Origin: Octopus sinensis
Taxonomy: Eukaryota
Length of the DNA stretch: 30,386 nucleotides
Direction: 5' to 3'
Assembly: GCF_006345805.1 (NCBI RefSeq)
Contig: NW_021832647.1
Location: 1-30,386, forward strand
Part shown: piece after piece, positions 11,993 to 22,995 of the stretch
Position numbering within the stretch: the stretch's first letter is position 1
Layout: each line of letters starts with the position of its first letter
The notes under the pieces: generated by a model
What the model saw: the letters and a program-made list of their open reading frames with translations, nothing else
Database searches by the model: none
Told to the model about the DNA's origin: nothing
Translations under genes and position numbers: made by a program

Positions 11993-12164
11993 CAAAAAAG
12001 TGACACCAGATGAACCAATGTTATGTAATGAACTTCATTAGCATACAGTTGTTTCTGCGATACGATGTACTGCACTCTTAGTCGAGTACCAGGATAACAT
12101 CCTATACCTTCATCAGAGCCTTGAATATGAACTGCATTTTATTTGAGAAAGTTACGTTTTCAGA

Positions 12165-12334
12165 ACATGTATGTATGTATATATGTATGTATGTATCTAT
12201 ACATACATACATAATACATAAATATAATAAATATATATATATACATACACACATATATATACACACACATGTAAATACACACATATATATATATACACAC
12301 CCGTATATATACACATGTATATATATATAACAAC

Positions 12335-12395
<61 letters not shown>

Positions 12396-12497
12396 CATAT
12401 ATATATACATATAGATATGTATACATATATATGTATATATATAATATATATCTATATGCATATATATACATATATATGTATATGTAGATATATATAA
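12165..12497. repeat. Compound (TA)n/(TATG)n/(CA)n microsatellite
   Basis: Continuous dinucleotide/tetranucleotide low-complexity block. Confidence 0.9.
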
Positions 12498-12578
12498 CAA
12501 GGTGGAGTTGTAAGGTACCGTACGAGTGGAATTATATATGAAAGAAGGTTTGAAAATGCAATTTTAAAAGATGTTTAT

Positions 12579-12623
12579 TTACTTTACCGATTTCACTCTT
12601 CGGAAAAAGATTGTCAAAAGTAA
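12579..12623 (-). ncRNA. Decayed type I hammerhead-like motif
   Basis: Minus strand: TTACTT-TTGACAA-TCTT TTTCCG AAGA-GT-GAA-ATCGGT-A-AAGTAA. Stem I is 6/6 paired, stem III is one change from the palindrome ACCGGT, and the core has two changes. It lies about 80 bp from a (TA)n edge. Confidence 0.45.
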
Positions 12624-13471
12624 CATGTAAAAGTTTGGTTGTGTTAATCATTGGTTGTCACAAAATGCTACAATACATATATACAGTCTTTGGTAACAAG
12701 GACATGTTAAGGACATAAAAAAGTTTAACAAGTTCATGAAGATATTGGGCACAAAAGATTCCAACATCAATATACATTCTCAAGAAAATGTTAAAGATAT
12801 ATGTTAAGATATATGTATACATACATACATATATCTATGTATATATAGATATATAGATATATGTATATAAATATATATGCATATATATACATATATATAA
12901 TCAAAATTAGCAACAGGATATCCAGAGGTAATGCAGTACGATCGTTTGAAGCGACTCCATTTAATTGGTGTTCTATCCTACCTGATTTTATTATTTTATA
13001 ATAGCCTTTATGAAATAAACCTAATTTTTGTACCCCTAGAAATTCTTACTTAGCTTATATATAACAATACTGGTATCTTCACAAGTTAAAATAAACTGCT
13101 TAAATTATTATTTAATAAATATATAGTTAGAATGTTCTTTCGCCTCGGTACTCCTTTATTAAATATCAGTAAATGCCAATGATCAATCTTCATAGATACC
13201 ACCTAGTAAGTTAATATTTAAGTATATGATATGTATAAATATTAAACTATTTCTATGCAATTTCTTTTCCTCCCTCTACTGTGGTAAAATTTGTTATAGA
13301 CTCAAAAGTATTCAAAAAAATGTTATCCTTTTGTTGTAATATTCTTCTTAATAATCTTCTTGATAACCCTAAATTTTGACTTTATACAATATAGCAATAT
13401 TGTTTAAAATATGCAACTATAATACCCCATGATAAAATTTTCCCTGTATTATCATCATTGGTTTACTAGAG

Positions 13472-13575
13472 CAGTGGTTTTCAACCAGGGTTCCGCGGAA
13501 CCTTAGGGTTTCCGCAAGAAGTTACAAAACTGCTAAAATCGGCAGTAATTGTTAATTCTCCTGTGCAGATTGGGT
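13472..13575 (+). mobile_element. hAT (Charlie-like) transposon end fragment
   Basis: CAGTGGTTTTCAACC terminus followed by the 14-bp palindrome GGTTCCGCGGAACC (13489-13502). No matching second end was found. Confidence 0.5.
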
Positions 13576-13594
13576 CAGTGAGATGGTGGAGAGG

Positions 13595-14300
13595 CCACTA
13601 ACATTTTGGGACAGTGCCATATTCTCTGATGAGTCCAGATTTGCTGTATTTTCTGACAGTGGTCGAGTGTGTGCCTGAAGACTCTGTGATCAAGAATTTG
13701 ATGTGAACAGTTTGCAGCCAACAATGAAACACGGCTGCTGTTCTTTGGTGGTTTGGGGAGCAATTTGGAACAATGGTTGATCAGAGCTGGTGGAACGTGA
13801 GGGAAACATAAATTCAGAAACTTATGTGTTCATTTTGCAGAAAGAAATCCTTCCAATCTTCTCCAGTGGTGAAATGATTAAAGAAGACTTTATTTATGGA
13901 AGATGGGGATCCTTGTCACACGGCTAAAATGACCCAGGATTTGTTGGATGAGAATGGCATTAAAAAGCTTCCATGGTCAAGCTAGTCACCAGATATGAAC
14001 CCTATTGAACACCTCTATGACATAATGGGCAGGATACTTCATAAAAAGAACAAGAAAGCATTTTCAAAGCCAGATCTTTCGAGATTACTGCATGAAATTT
14101 GGCAAGAAATTCCGCAAGAGAACATTCATCATCTGATCATTAATATGCCTAATAGGGTCTTTGCATTGAAAAATGCAAAGAGCATGTCTACTAAATATTA
14201 ATTATTCACATTATAATAATAAATAAATATTCTGAATGTATAATTTCAGATTTAAATAGATTTTCATTATTATAAAGGTGTCTATTTACTTCTGTCATGC
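13595..14300 (+). mobile_element. Tc1 (DD34E) transposon, 3' half, pseudogenised
   Basis: FWDSAIFSDESRF, QPTMKHG..SLVVWGAI, FMEDGDPCH...SPDMNPIEH with 34 residues between D and E. Stops and a frameshift are present; the ORF ends at 14201. Confidence 0.9.
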
Positions 14301-14302
14301 CT

Positions 14303-14317
14303 ACACACACACACACA

Positions 14318-14365
<48 letters not shown>

Positions 14366-14484
14366 ACACACATACACACACACACGCACACACGCACGCA
14401 CGCACACACACACACACACCACACACACACACACACACCACACACATACACACACACATACACACACACACGCACACACGCACG

Positions 14485-14530
<46 letters not shown>
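14303..14530. repeat. (CA)n compound microsatellite
   Basis: CA runs with an internally repeated pattern of TA and CG interruptions. Confidence 0.95.
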
Positions 14531-14532
<2 letters not shown>

Positions 14533-14767
14533 GGCGCAGGTGTGGCTGTGTTGTAAGAACCTTGCTTCCCATTCACATAGTTCCGAGTTCAGTCCCTCTG
14601 TGTGGCACCTTGGGCAAGTGTCTTCTACTATAGCCTCGGCCCGACCAAAGTATTGTGAGCGGATTTGATAGACGGAAACTGATAGAAGCCCGTCGTATAT
14701 ATAAATGGCGGTGCCCCAGCATGGCCGCAGCTCATTAGCTGAAACTGGAAAAATCAAAAATCAAAAT

Positions 14768-14810
<43 letters not shown>

Positions 14811-14835
14811 GTGTGTGTGGTGTGTGTGTGTGTGT

Positions 14836-14906
<71 letters not shown>

Positions 14907-15074
14907 TTCTGTACTTGCCACCACCATCGCTTGACAACCGATGTTAGTGTGTTTACGTCCCCGTAACTTAGCTGTTCGGCAAAAGAGACCGAGAGAATAA
15001 GTCCAGGGGTCGATTTCGACTAAAAGGCGGTGCTCCGGCATGGCTTCAGTCAAATGGCTGAAACAAGTAAAAGT
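14533..15074 (+). mobile_element. SINE family A with expanded internal microsatellite and a nested 3' tail fragment
   Basis: Head at 14533 and tail at 14930-15074. A second tail, GGCGGTGCCCCAGCATGGCCGCAGCTCATTAGCTGAAAC (14707-14770), lies inside the internal (TA)n. Confidence 0.85.
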
Positions 15075-15348
15075 ATATATATACATACACACACACACGT
15101 CTGCAGACCTATATGATAATGTATACACACGTACATATATGTACATACGTGCGTGCGTGCGTATATCATTATACACTTCTTTCATCCTCTGATTTCTCTA
15201 CCTACACTATCACTTTGGCCAATAGAATAAACGCATAAGTCTATTTATAGAAACTTGACCATTCTTAGTATTCTTCCCTTCCGTTCTGTAGTTATCTACT
15301 CGCTTTGGAAACCCTGCCTCCTATACCCATCCCTTAGTACCATTCTAA

Positions 15349-15675
15349 GGAGCACTCCGTCAGTTACGACGACGAGGGTCCCAGCTGATACGATCAACGG
15401 AACAGCCTGCTCGTGAAATTAACGTGCAAGTGGCTGAGCACTCCACAGACACGTGTACCCTTAACGTAGTTCTCGGGGAGATTCAGCGTGACACAGAGTG
15501 TGACAAGGCCGGCCCTTTGAAATACAGGTACAACTCATTTTTGCCAGCTGAGTGTGGACTGGAGCAACGTGAAATAAAGTGTCTTGCTCAAGGACACAAC
15601 GTGTCGCCGGGAATTGAACTCACGACCTTGCAATCGTGAGCTGAACGCCCTAACCACTAAACCACGCGCCTTCAC
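15349..15675 (-). mobile_element. tRNA-derived SINE family B1, full length, with a 14-bp target-site duplication
   Basis: Minus-strand A box TGGTTTAGTGG and B box GAGTTCAATTCCC. Flanked by TAGTACCATTCTAA at 15335-15348 and 15676-15689. Confidence 0.92.
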
Positions 15676-15724
15676 TAGTACCATTCTAACATGTCACCAT
15701 AGATAGATAGATAGACAGACAGAC

Positions 15725-15759
<35 letters not shown>

Positions 15760-15987
15760 TGTGTGAATGTGTATGCGGGCATGGTTTAAATTCTTTTTTC
15801 GTGTCACCATTAACACTTAACTGTTTTTTTAATTAATACAAAACATCTATTGTTTGTTCAATCCCAGCGAACACTTATCTGCCTTGGTACACACCGATAC
15901 GCTCCCAGACCTTCCCCATCCACACGCAAACTCTCATCATACGCGTGTGCATTATCGTTCAATATTTTAAAGTATTTCCTCTTTCAC

Positions 15988-16037
<50 letters not shown>

Positions 16038-16137
16038 CGTATAGAGAGAGAGATACATAGGTTTCGGCCAAAATTAGTCCAGGACATGAATAAATTAATA
16101 ACATCACGTAGACGGATAGACATACAAACAGACATAG

Positions 16138-16138
16138 T

Positions 16139-16236
<98 letters not shown>

Positions 16237-16263
16237 GGTAGACAGATAGATAGACAGACAGAC

Positions 16264-16339
<76 letters not shown>
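16138..16339. repeat. (GATA)n(GACA)n(GATA)n microsatellite
   Basis: Tetranucleotide runs visible directly. Confidence 0.95.
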
Positions 16340-16341
<2 letters not shown>

Positions 16342-16395
16342 GGAGGTATGCATGCCTGCAGAATAGAATCTAAACGAATTATGATCAATGCCATA

Positions 16396-16786
16396 AAGGC
16401 GGCGAACTGGCAGAATGGTTAGCATGCCGGGCTTAGCAGCATTTCTTAGTGTGCTTGACTGTCTGAGTTCAAACATCGCCGAAGCTTTACATCATTTCGG
16501 GGTTAGTAAGTACTAATGAATCAGTGAGATCGATATAATTGACTAGCTCCCTCCCCGCCCTCAAATTGTTGGCTTAGTGCCTTTTGTAGAAAATACTGGT
16601 AGAATTGTTAGAGAGTCGGACAAAATGCTTAGAAGCATTTCTTCCAGTTTTACGTCCTGAATTAAAATTTTGTTGACTTTGCTTTTCATCCTTTCGAAGT
16701 CTATAAAATAGGAAGGACTGGAATCGATGTAATTGACTATCCCCATCTCCACAAAATTTGAGGCCTTGTGCCCATAGTACAAAAGC
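16396..16786 (+). mobile_element. Two head-to-tail diverged SINE family C copies
   Basis: Heads GGCGGCGAACTGGCAGAATGGTTAGC (16396) and GGTAGAATTGTTAG (about 16597). Each is followed by the TTTCATCCTTTCG...TCGAT.TAAT.GACT core and a GGCCTTGTGCC-type tail. Confidence 0.75.
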
Positions 16787-17856
16787 CTGTCAGGCGCTCA
16801 CTGCCCTCTACCACCAGTCGAGTAATGCAGTTGGAGGAAGTCGTACGTTAGCAAAATTTCGAAATCTAGTAGTGGGTAAGAGCGATGATGTTCTCGGAGA
16901 AACACAAAACTGGTCTATTTTGAAGGACTTCTGGCAGAAACGTTAGCACGCCGGGCGAAATGCTCAGCGGTATTTCGTCTGCGTTACGTTGTGAGTTCAA
17001 ATTCCGCCGAGGTCGACTTTGCCTTTCATCCTTTCGGGGTCGATAAATTAAGTACCAGTTACGCACTGGGGTCGATGTAATCGACTTAATACCTATGTCT
17101 GTCCTTTTTTGTCCCCTCTGTGTTTAGCTCCTTGTGGGTAATAAAGAAATAGGTACTGCCATAGATAATTTCCAGAAATCCCGAGCCTTGGAGTACTGCC
17201 GGTTCGAGATAAACTCCACTGGAAGGGAAACGGGGTGGGGAATTGTGCGAGATGCGCGCAGAGTGTCGAAACCATACTGGTCGCACCCGTATAGTGTCCG
17301 AGCATTTACTGACTTGTGAAGTTATGTCGAACAGCAGAAAATCTATTGCGTATGGAACTAATCCGACTACCGGCCGAATCCATCGGGATGATCGCCTCAC
17401 CATAAATCTTTAGCAAGGCAGGCGGTGTATCTCTGTCTAATGGCTACGGCGAAAAAGGTTGTGTTGTGAACGAGGTTGAAAGTTTTGATGAAAGTCACCT
17501 TCTGCTTTTATCAAATCTTCGTCAACTTTTTAAAGTTCTAATTGGGAAGGAAAGTGAGGGTGGAAAGAGAAGCGCTGCCTCCCAGTGAATTTGTGTCAAA
17601 ATGGGTGATTGTGTCAAAAATGGTTTGCGTGAATGGCTCTACTCTGAGCATGCGCCTGTAGATTGGATAGTAAACAGCTGGGAAGTCTTTGGAGTTCAGG
17701 GTAATTCTGGATCAGTGGGGTTCTTTGAGCGGCCCTAGTTGGAGTTTCTCCGGAAGGAAAATGATCGCATCATTCATATTATCACATACTTTGACTCCAC
17801 CATCTTTTCCATTTATTTCTCTTCGTCTTTTATGTAAACTCCGAGACTAATAAAAG

Positions 17857-17860
<4 letters not shown>
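16787..17860 (+). mobile_element. Tx1/L1-like LINE 3' end (zf-RVT-like region, stop codon, 3' UTR), split by a SINE
   Basis: CQALTALY...LVVGKSDDVLGET, then after the SINE IDNFQKS, LPVRDKLHWKG..VGNCARCAQSVETIL..V*CPS (CxxC...ETxxH...C zinc-binding pattern, decayed), and RKVRVEREAL...KWV...VNG..L*. Stop at 17659-61, AATAAA at 17849, then a (CAT)n tail. Confidence 0.7.
16931..17153 (+). mobile_element. SINE family C, well-preserved copy
   Basis: A box TGGCAGAAACGTT, B box GAGTTCAAATTCC, core GTCGACTTTGCCTTTCATCCTTTCGGGGTCGATAAATTAAGTACCAG (resembles Nin/Deu-type SINE cores, from recall), tail AAAGAAATAGG. Confidence 0.9.
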
Positions 17861-17900
<40 letters not shown>

Positions 17901-17901
17901 G

Positions 17902-17953
<52 letters not shown>
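17860..17953. repeat. (CAT)n(TAT)n microsatellite
   Basis: Pure runs directly after the LINE 3' UTR. Confidence 0.95.
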
Positions 17954-18368
17954 GGTGACGAGCTGGCAAAACCAGGAAATATATGCCAGGAAAATTGTTT
18001 AGCGCTCAAAAGGTCCCTGAATAAGGATTATTTAAGTATGGTGAACGAAACATCTAAGTTACCAGGGGTGAATTATTCAAATCTCAAAGAATCCCTCTCA
18101 ACACAAAGCTAAGATACTCCCCCACTACTTCTGCTCATGATCAGAGATGTACATATCATGTAAGGGACATTCTCAACTGGTTACGGTCAAGCAACTGATA
18201 AACAAATTTGCGGTATTGAGCAGAATATTTGCTGTAGCCCATTTTTTGCACCAAGACAAAACATATACATGATAACACTTCCAATCAGTTATGATCAGAA
18301 GCCACGAGAGTTATCACTTGGTATTGCATGATGGCATTTCTTCTTCTTATCATCATCATCATCATCAT

Positions 18369-19027
18369 TGGCAGAATCGTTAGCACGCTTGGTAAAATGC
18401 TTAGTGACCTTTCGCCCGTCTTACGTTCTGAGTTCAAATTCCACCGAGGTCGACTTTGCATTTCGGGGTCGATAAATTGAGTACTAGTGAAACACTGGGG
18501 TCGATGTAATCGACTACTTCACTCCACCAAAATTTCAGGCCTTGTGTCTATAGCAGAAAGGATTATTATTATCATTGGTAGAATTGTTAGCACGCTGGGT
18601 GAAATGCTTAGCGACATTTCGTCCTTCGTACGTTCTGAGTTCAAATTCCGCCGAGGTCGACTTTGCCTTTCATCCTTTCGGGGTCAATAAATTAAGTACC
18701 AGTTATGCACTGGGGTCGATGTAATCAACTTAATCCGTTTGTCTGTCCTTGTTGTCTCCTCTGTTTTTAGCCCCTTGTGGGTAGTAAAGAAATAGGTAGT
18801 TCGTCTGCAGCTACGTTCTGAGTTCAAATTCCGCCGAGGTCGACTTTGCCTTTCATCCGTTCGGGGTCGATAAATTAAGTACCAGTTACGCAATGGGATC
18901 GATGTAATCGACTTAATCCCTCTGCCTGTCCTTGTTTGTGCCCTCTATGTTTAGCCCCTTGTGGGCAATAAAGAAATAAGCATTTTGTCCATCTTCCCGT
19001 TCTGTGTTCAAATTCCGTCGAAGTGGA
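18369..19027 (+). mobile_element. Tandem array of four SINE family C units
   Basis: Units at 18369-18572, 18576-18796, 18797-18980 (headless) and 18981-19027 (headless, truncated). Confidence 0.85.
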
Positions 19028-19649
19028 GGAGGAAAAGTATGCGAAGTAGCAGTAGGAACGTCATAGAACTCTTAAGTGTCTGGAAACCAATCCTGTGTTT
19101 AAGTTTCCGAAATAACCTCTTGTTGAGGTACGAACACTTGACAGACCCACTACTTGTCAGTCTCACGTGAAATGCTTAATATATGTATGTATATGTGTAG
19201 GTGTATGTATATGTAGCGATGTGTGTATGTGTGTGTATACGCGTACGGAAACGCATATATACGTATATGTGCGTAGATGTGTTTGTATGTATATATATAT
19301 ATATATATACATATATATATGCATACATACGCGTATGTATGTGTGTCTAAATGCATGTCTTCATAGATATGTATGTATGCATATCTATATGTACTTATGA
19401 TGAGTAAAGATGTATGTATATATGCCAATTTGTATGTATAGATGCGTAGGTGTGTTTGCGTGCATGTACTTGGTTATGTATATAAGTATGTATACATGTA
19501 GATATAATTATATACATGTGGGTAGTATTTTTTTTAATTATTTTTTTTAGTCAGTGGTGAAGGCAATTCCGATAAGCTTTTTTCTGAAACTCCAAATCTT
19601 TGCCAAAATTTGAAACAATTAAAGTCAGAGAACAGGAAGAATCATTATT

Positions 19650-19835
19650 ACGCCGGCCAAAAAAAAAGCTTAGCGGCGTTTCTTCCGGTTTTACGTTCTG
19701 AGTTCAAATGCCGCTGAGGCTTGACTTAGCCTTTCATAGTTTTGGGGTCGATAAAATAAGTACTATTTGAGCTGGGGTCGGTGCAATCGACTAACTCCTC
19801 TCCCAACAATTTCAGGCCTTGTACCTATAGTAGAA

Positions 19836-19880
<45 letters not shown>
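19650..19880 (+). mobile_element. SINE family C copy with (ATT)n tail
   Basis: GCTTAGCGGCG...GAGTTCAAATGCC...GGGGTCGATAAAATAAGTAC...CAGGCCTTGTACCTATAGTAGAA followed by (ATT)n. Confidence 0.8.
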
Positions 19881-20657
19881 GGAATATATTTAAATATCAA
19901 AAAGACTAGCTGTAGGTGAAAATAGAATACAAACACATTTCCCTTATTTTTAGCGTTGTTGAATAACTGAATAGTTTTCAATACTTGCGTGATATTTTTC
20001 ATAATATAGCAGATTTCTCATATGCAAAATAGACTAGTTTAAATTGTTCGTTGTAAATTTCTCAATAAATATCGACGTGTCTGCAAGAATTCCAGGCTTC
20101 TGTTTAAAATTATGAATGGCTTCAACAGGATATTATACTTCTCCGACAAATGCATCTATTATTATATAAATGTATATATTATTATATAAATGTATATCTT
20201 ATTATATATATATTATGTTGCTAGAGTCATTAATGCACGGGAACCAAGTAATTTTAATACTACAGTCCTTTAAACTCCAAATATACTGAGAGAGTGGAGT
20301 GGGGATGCGTCTCCTTTCTAGTTCATAAATGCATGTTGCGAGGAACGCTTTTTAAAGGGGTATAACAAAGGCAGTTTGAATTACGCCTCCTTAGTCTGTA
20401 TATTTTTAATGCCTAACAAAGCTGAAATAACGGAACGCAAAATTACTATCGTTATGCGGCTATAATTAATTCGAACTTAAATGACAGAGGAAATTATGCT
20501 TAGCTAACACCAAAATAGCATTCATTTGCTGAATTAAACACTGAATTCCTTGTATAAAATTGGCATTTTTATAAGGAATTAGAAATAATATATATTTAGA
20601 TATGTGTTAAATGTGATCTACGCAAGCATACGGATATATATTAATTAATATAATAAT

Positions 20658-20714
<57 letters not shown>

Positions 20715-21333
20715 TATATAATATATATTATATATATATATATAATTTAAAACAGTTACATTCGGTTTCCGTGCTACTTGAAGTTTCGCGCAGGTCCCTG
20801 ACAAAGCCCGTTTCCTTCAGGTTTCTAGAATGGCTGAATATGTGTGACCCATCTAAGTATAATATCTAATAGATATGCAATGTCAAAAGACCAGTTACCG
20901 CAGTTTCTATTCTAAGATGACAGCTTTTATGGAATTGCTGTGTTAAAAAACAATAAATATCAGAGATAGAAGAAAATTATCCCAACAATAATTAGCAAGG
21001 ACGCCAGATATAATTCAGCCTTTTCAATGGCGTTTACTCGCAGCTTAGACGAGAATTCGTCGTCTCTGATGTGGGGGAAAAAAACGAATAAAACATTCAC
21101 TGATGTTGCGAATAGCCGCCCGGTTGATCAAAAGTCCGGTATGCACAATTGAGGCAGTATTTGATTAAAGCAACCATCACGCTTTTCTAATCATCAGAAT
21201 TGTTGAGTTATTGCGCATTACACTTATCGTGCTATGCACAATAACTCTCGGGTCTTGCGTCACTTTTCTAATTTCTGACCATTAACAACAGTAAAATAGT
21301 ATATATATAAATATAAATATATATAATATATAT

Positions 21334-21384
<51 letters not shown>

Positions 21385-22044
21385 TAAAGCATGTATTAAG
21401 TTTTATTTTTCTTATTTGTGCTACCAAACCTATAATATGTGTGTATGTTTGTGTGTGTTCATATTCATAGATGTATACATGTGTGTTTGTAATCATATGT
21501 ACTTATGTCTGTATATATATGTGTGTATGTATAAGAGGACTTTTTCATAGTTGCTTAGCCTGCTGGAAAAGCAACCAGTCTCCACGAAAGCCCACCTCAC
21601 TCTCTTTAAAGAAAACGAAGTTTATATTATATAATATAGTCTTAAATATACTGAAACGCCAATATATTTATACGACTCGCAGCTGACTTCATTTCTAAAT
21701 GTGATGATTTTAATAACAGTCAATACTGCGTTTTAACATTAATTCACAAGTTCTAAAAGTTAAGATTATACATCTCCCCAAGCCCAGCTTACCTCAAAGT
21801 ATTTAAAATTACGATATATCAATACACTAAATGCCTATCTACATCTTCATTTCTCTGAGCCAAACATCAAACGATTACCAAGCAAAATATTAAGTCTCAA
21901 CGACGCCGAAACAGTGTACTTTTGCTAAGTCCTTTGTAAACAATTGAGTAATAAATCTGAAAAAGAAAAAATGGCGACGAACATAAATCTTTCGTTGTTT
22001 GCGAGGAAATATTTACTCTAACGATTTATCACGAAGACAGACGC

Positions 22045-22210
22045 TGGCATGACTGCATCGTTAAGAAGCTTGTTTTGCAGTCACGTGGTTTTGGGTTCAA
22101 TCCCACTGCGTGACACCTTGTGCAAGTGTCCACTACAACGGCCCTGGGTTGGCTGATTCCTTGGAAATGAATTTGGTCGACGGAAACTGTGAAAGACAAA
22201 GCCCCTTCCG
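22045..22210 (+). mobile_element. SINE family A-related 5' half, diverged
   Basis: GGGTTCAATCCCACTGCGTGACACCTTGTGCAAGTGTC...TTTGGTCGACGGAAACTG, ending in a (TG)n tract. Confidence 0.7.
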
Positions 22211-22232
22211 TGTGTGTGTGTGTGTGTGTTTG

Positions 22233-22263
<31 letters not shown>

Positions 22264-22266
22264 TGT

Positions 22267-22340
<74 letters not shown>

Positions 22341-22690
22341 TGAGTGTGTGTGTGTGTAAAGATATATATATAAAATAAAAGTTGAGAAAATGAAGAGTTG
22401 GTAAAGATGCAAATTAATTTGTTAACATAGTTCAAATGTAAAATCTGAATACAAATAAATTCAAAAACAAACCTACGTACATTTCGATTTAAGCCTAGAG
22501 ATAAATGCTTAATTTCAAGAATTAGGTTAAATCCAACGTTCAGAATTAATGATAATTTTGAATAATATAGGGTAGAATCTCTTCAGGATTTTTGTTTATA
22601 TATTTTTTACATATATTTGAACAAATAAATAGCAACATAAAATAACTGGACACAATGTGTGTGGTGAGTATATATATCCATATGTGTGTG

Positions 22691-22750
<60 letters not shown>

Positions 22751-22945
22751 CCGGAGTAAACACATAAATGTGAAACAGGTGGAAAAAAGAGTACTCAAAT
22801 ACCAGTGGTAGAGTAATATGCTTTATTTAAAGCAGCAGAAAATTCAACAAAAGCTGTTACTCTGAGTTTCACGTTGCCGTTCGTCGGACAGCAACGTGAA
22901 ACTCAGAGTAACAGGTTTTGTTGAATTTTCTGCTGCTTTAAATAA
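22751..22945. mobile_element. Fold-back Penelope-like terminal-repeat fragment embedded in (TA)n
   Basis: 55-bp inverted arms 22823-22877 and 22891-22945 with one mismatch and a 13-nt spacer. The left copy extends to 22751. (TA)n on both sides. Contains a hammerhead motif. Confidence 0.7.
22854..22891 (-). ncRNA. Compact 38-nt type I hammerhead ribozyme motif
   Basis: Minus strand: CTGT-CCGACGA-ACG GCAA CGT-GAA-ACTC A GAGT-A-ACAG. All three stems pair, stem II is capped by a GNRA tetraloop, and the only core change is U4 to C. Predicted cut after GUA, between 22858 and 22857. Confidence 0.75.
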
Positions 22946-22988
<43 letters not shown>

Positions 22989-22995
22989 CATCGTG

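Noticed and set aside
12933-12948. Minus-strand CAAACGATCGTACTGC with palindrome ACGATCGT
   Set aside because: G12 is absent and no core was found upstream.
13626-13640. CTGATGAGTCC, a textbook hammerhead start
   Set aside because: It is the FSDES codon run of the Tc1 transposase; no GGAC-GAAA follows.
15600-15675. tRNA-like sequences at SINE heads (also 11487, 16931, 23300)
   Set aside because: A and B boxes are present but there is no full cloverleaf, and they continue into SINE bodies, so they are not tRNA genes.
21885-21925. GAAACAGTGTA with a near-palindromic stem
   Set aside because: The core and the 5' half of stem II are not recognisable.
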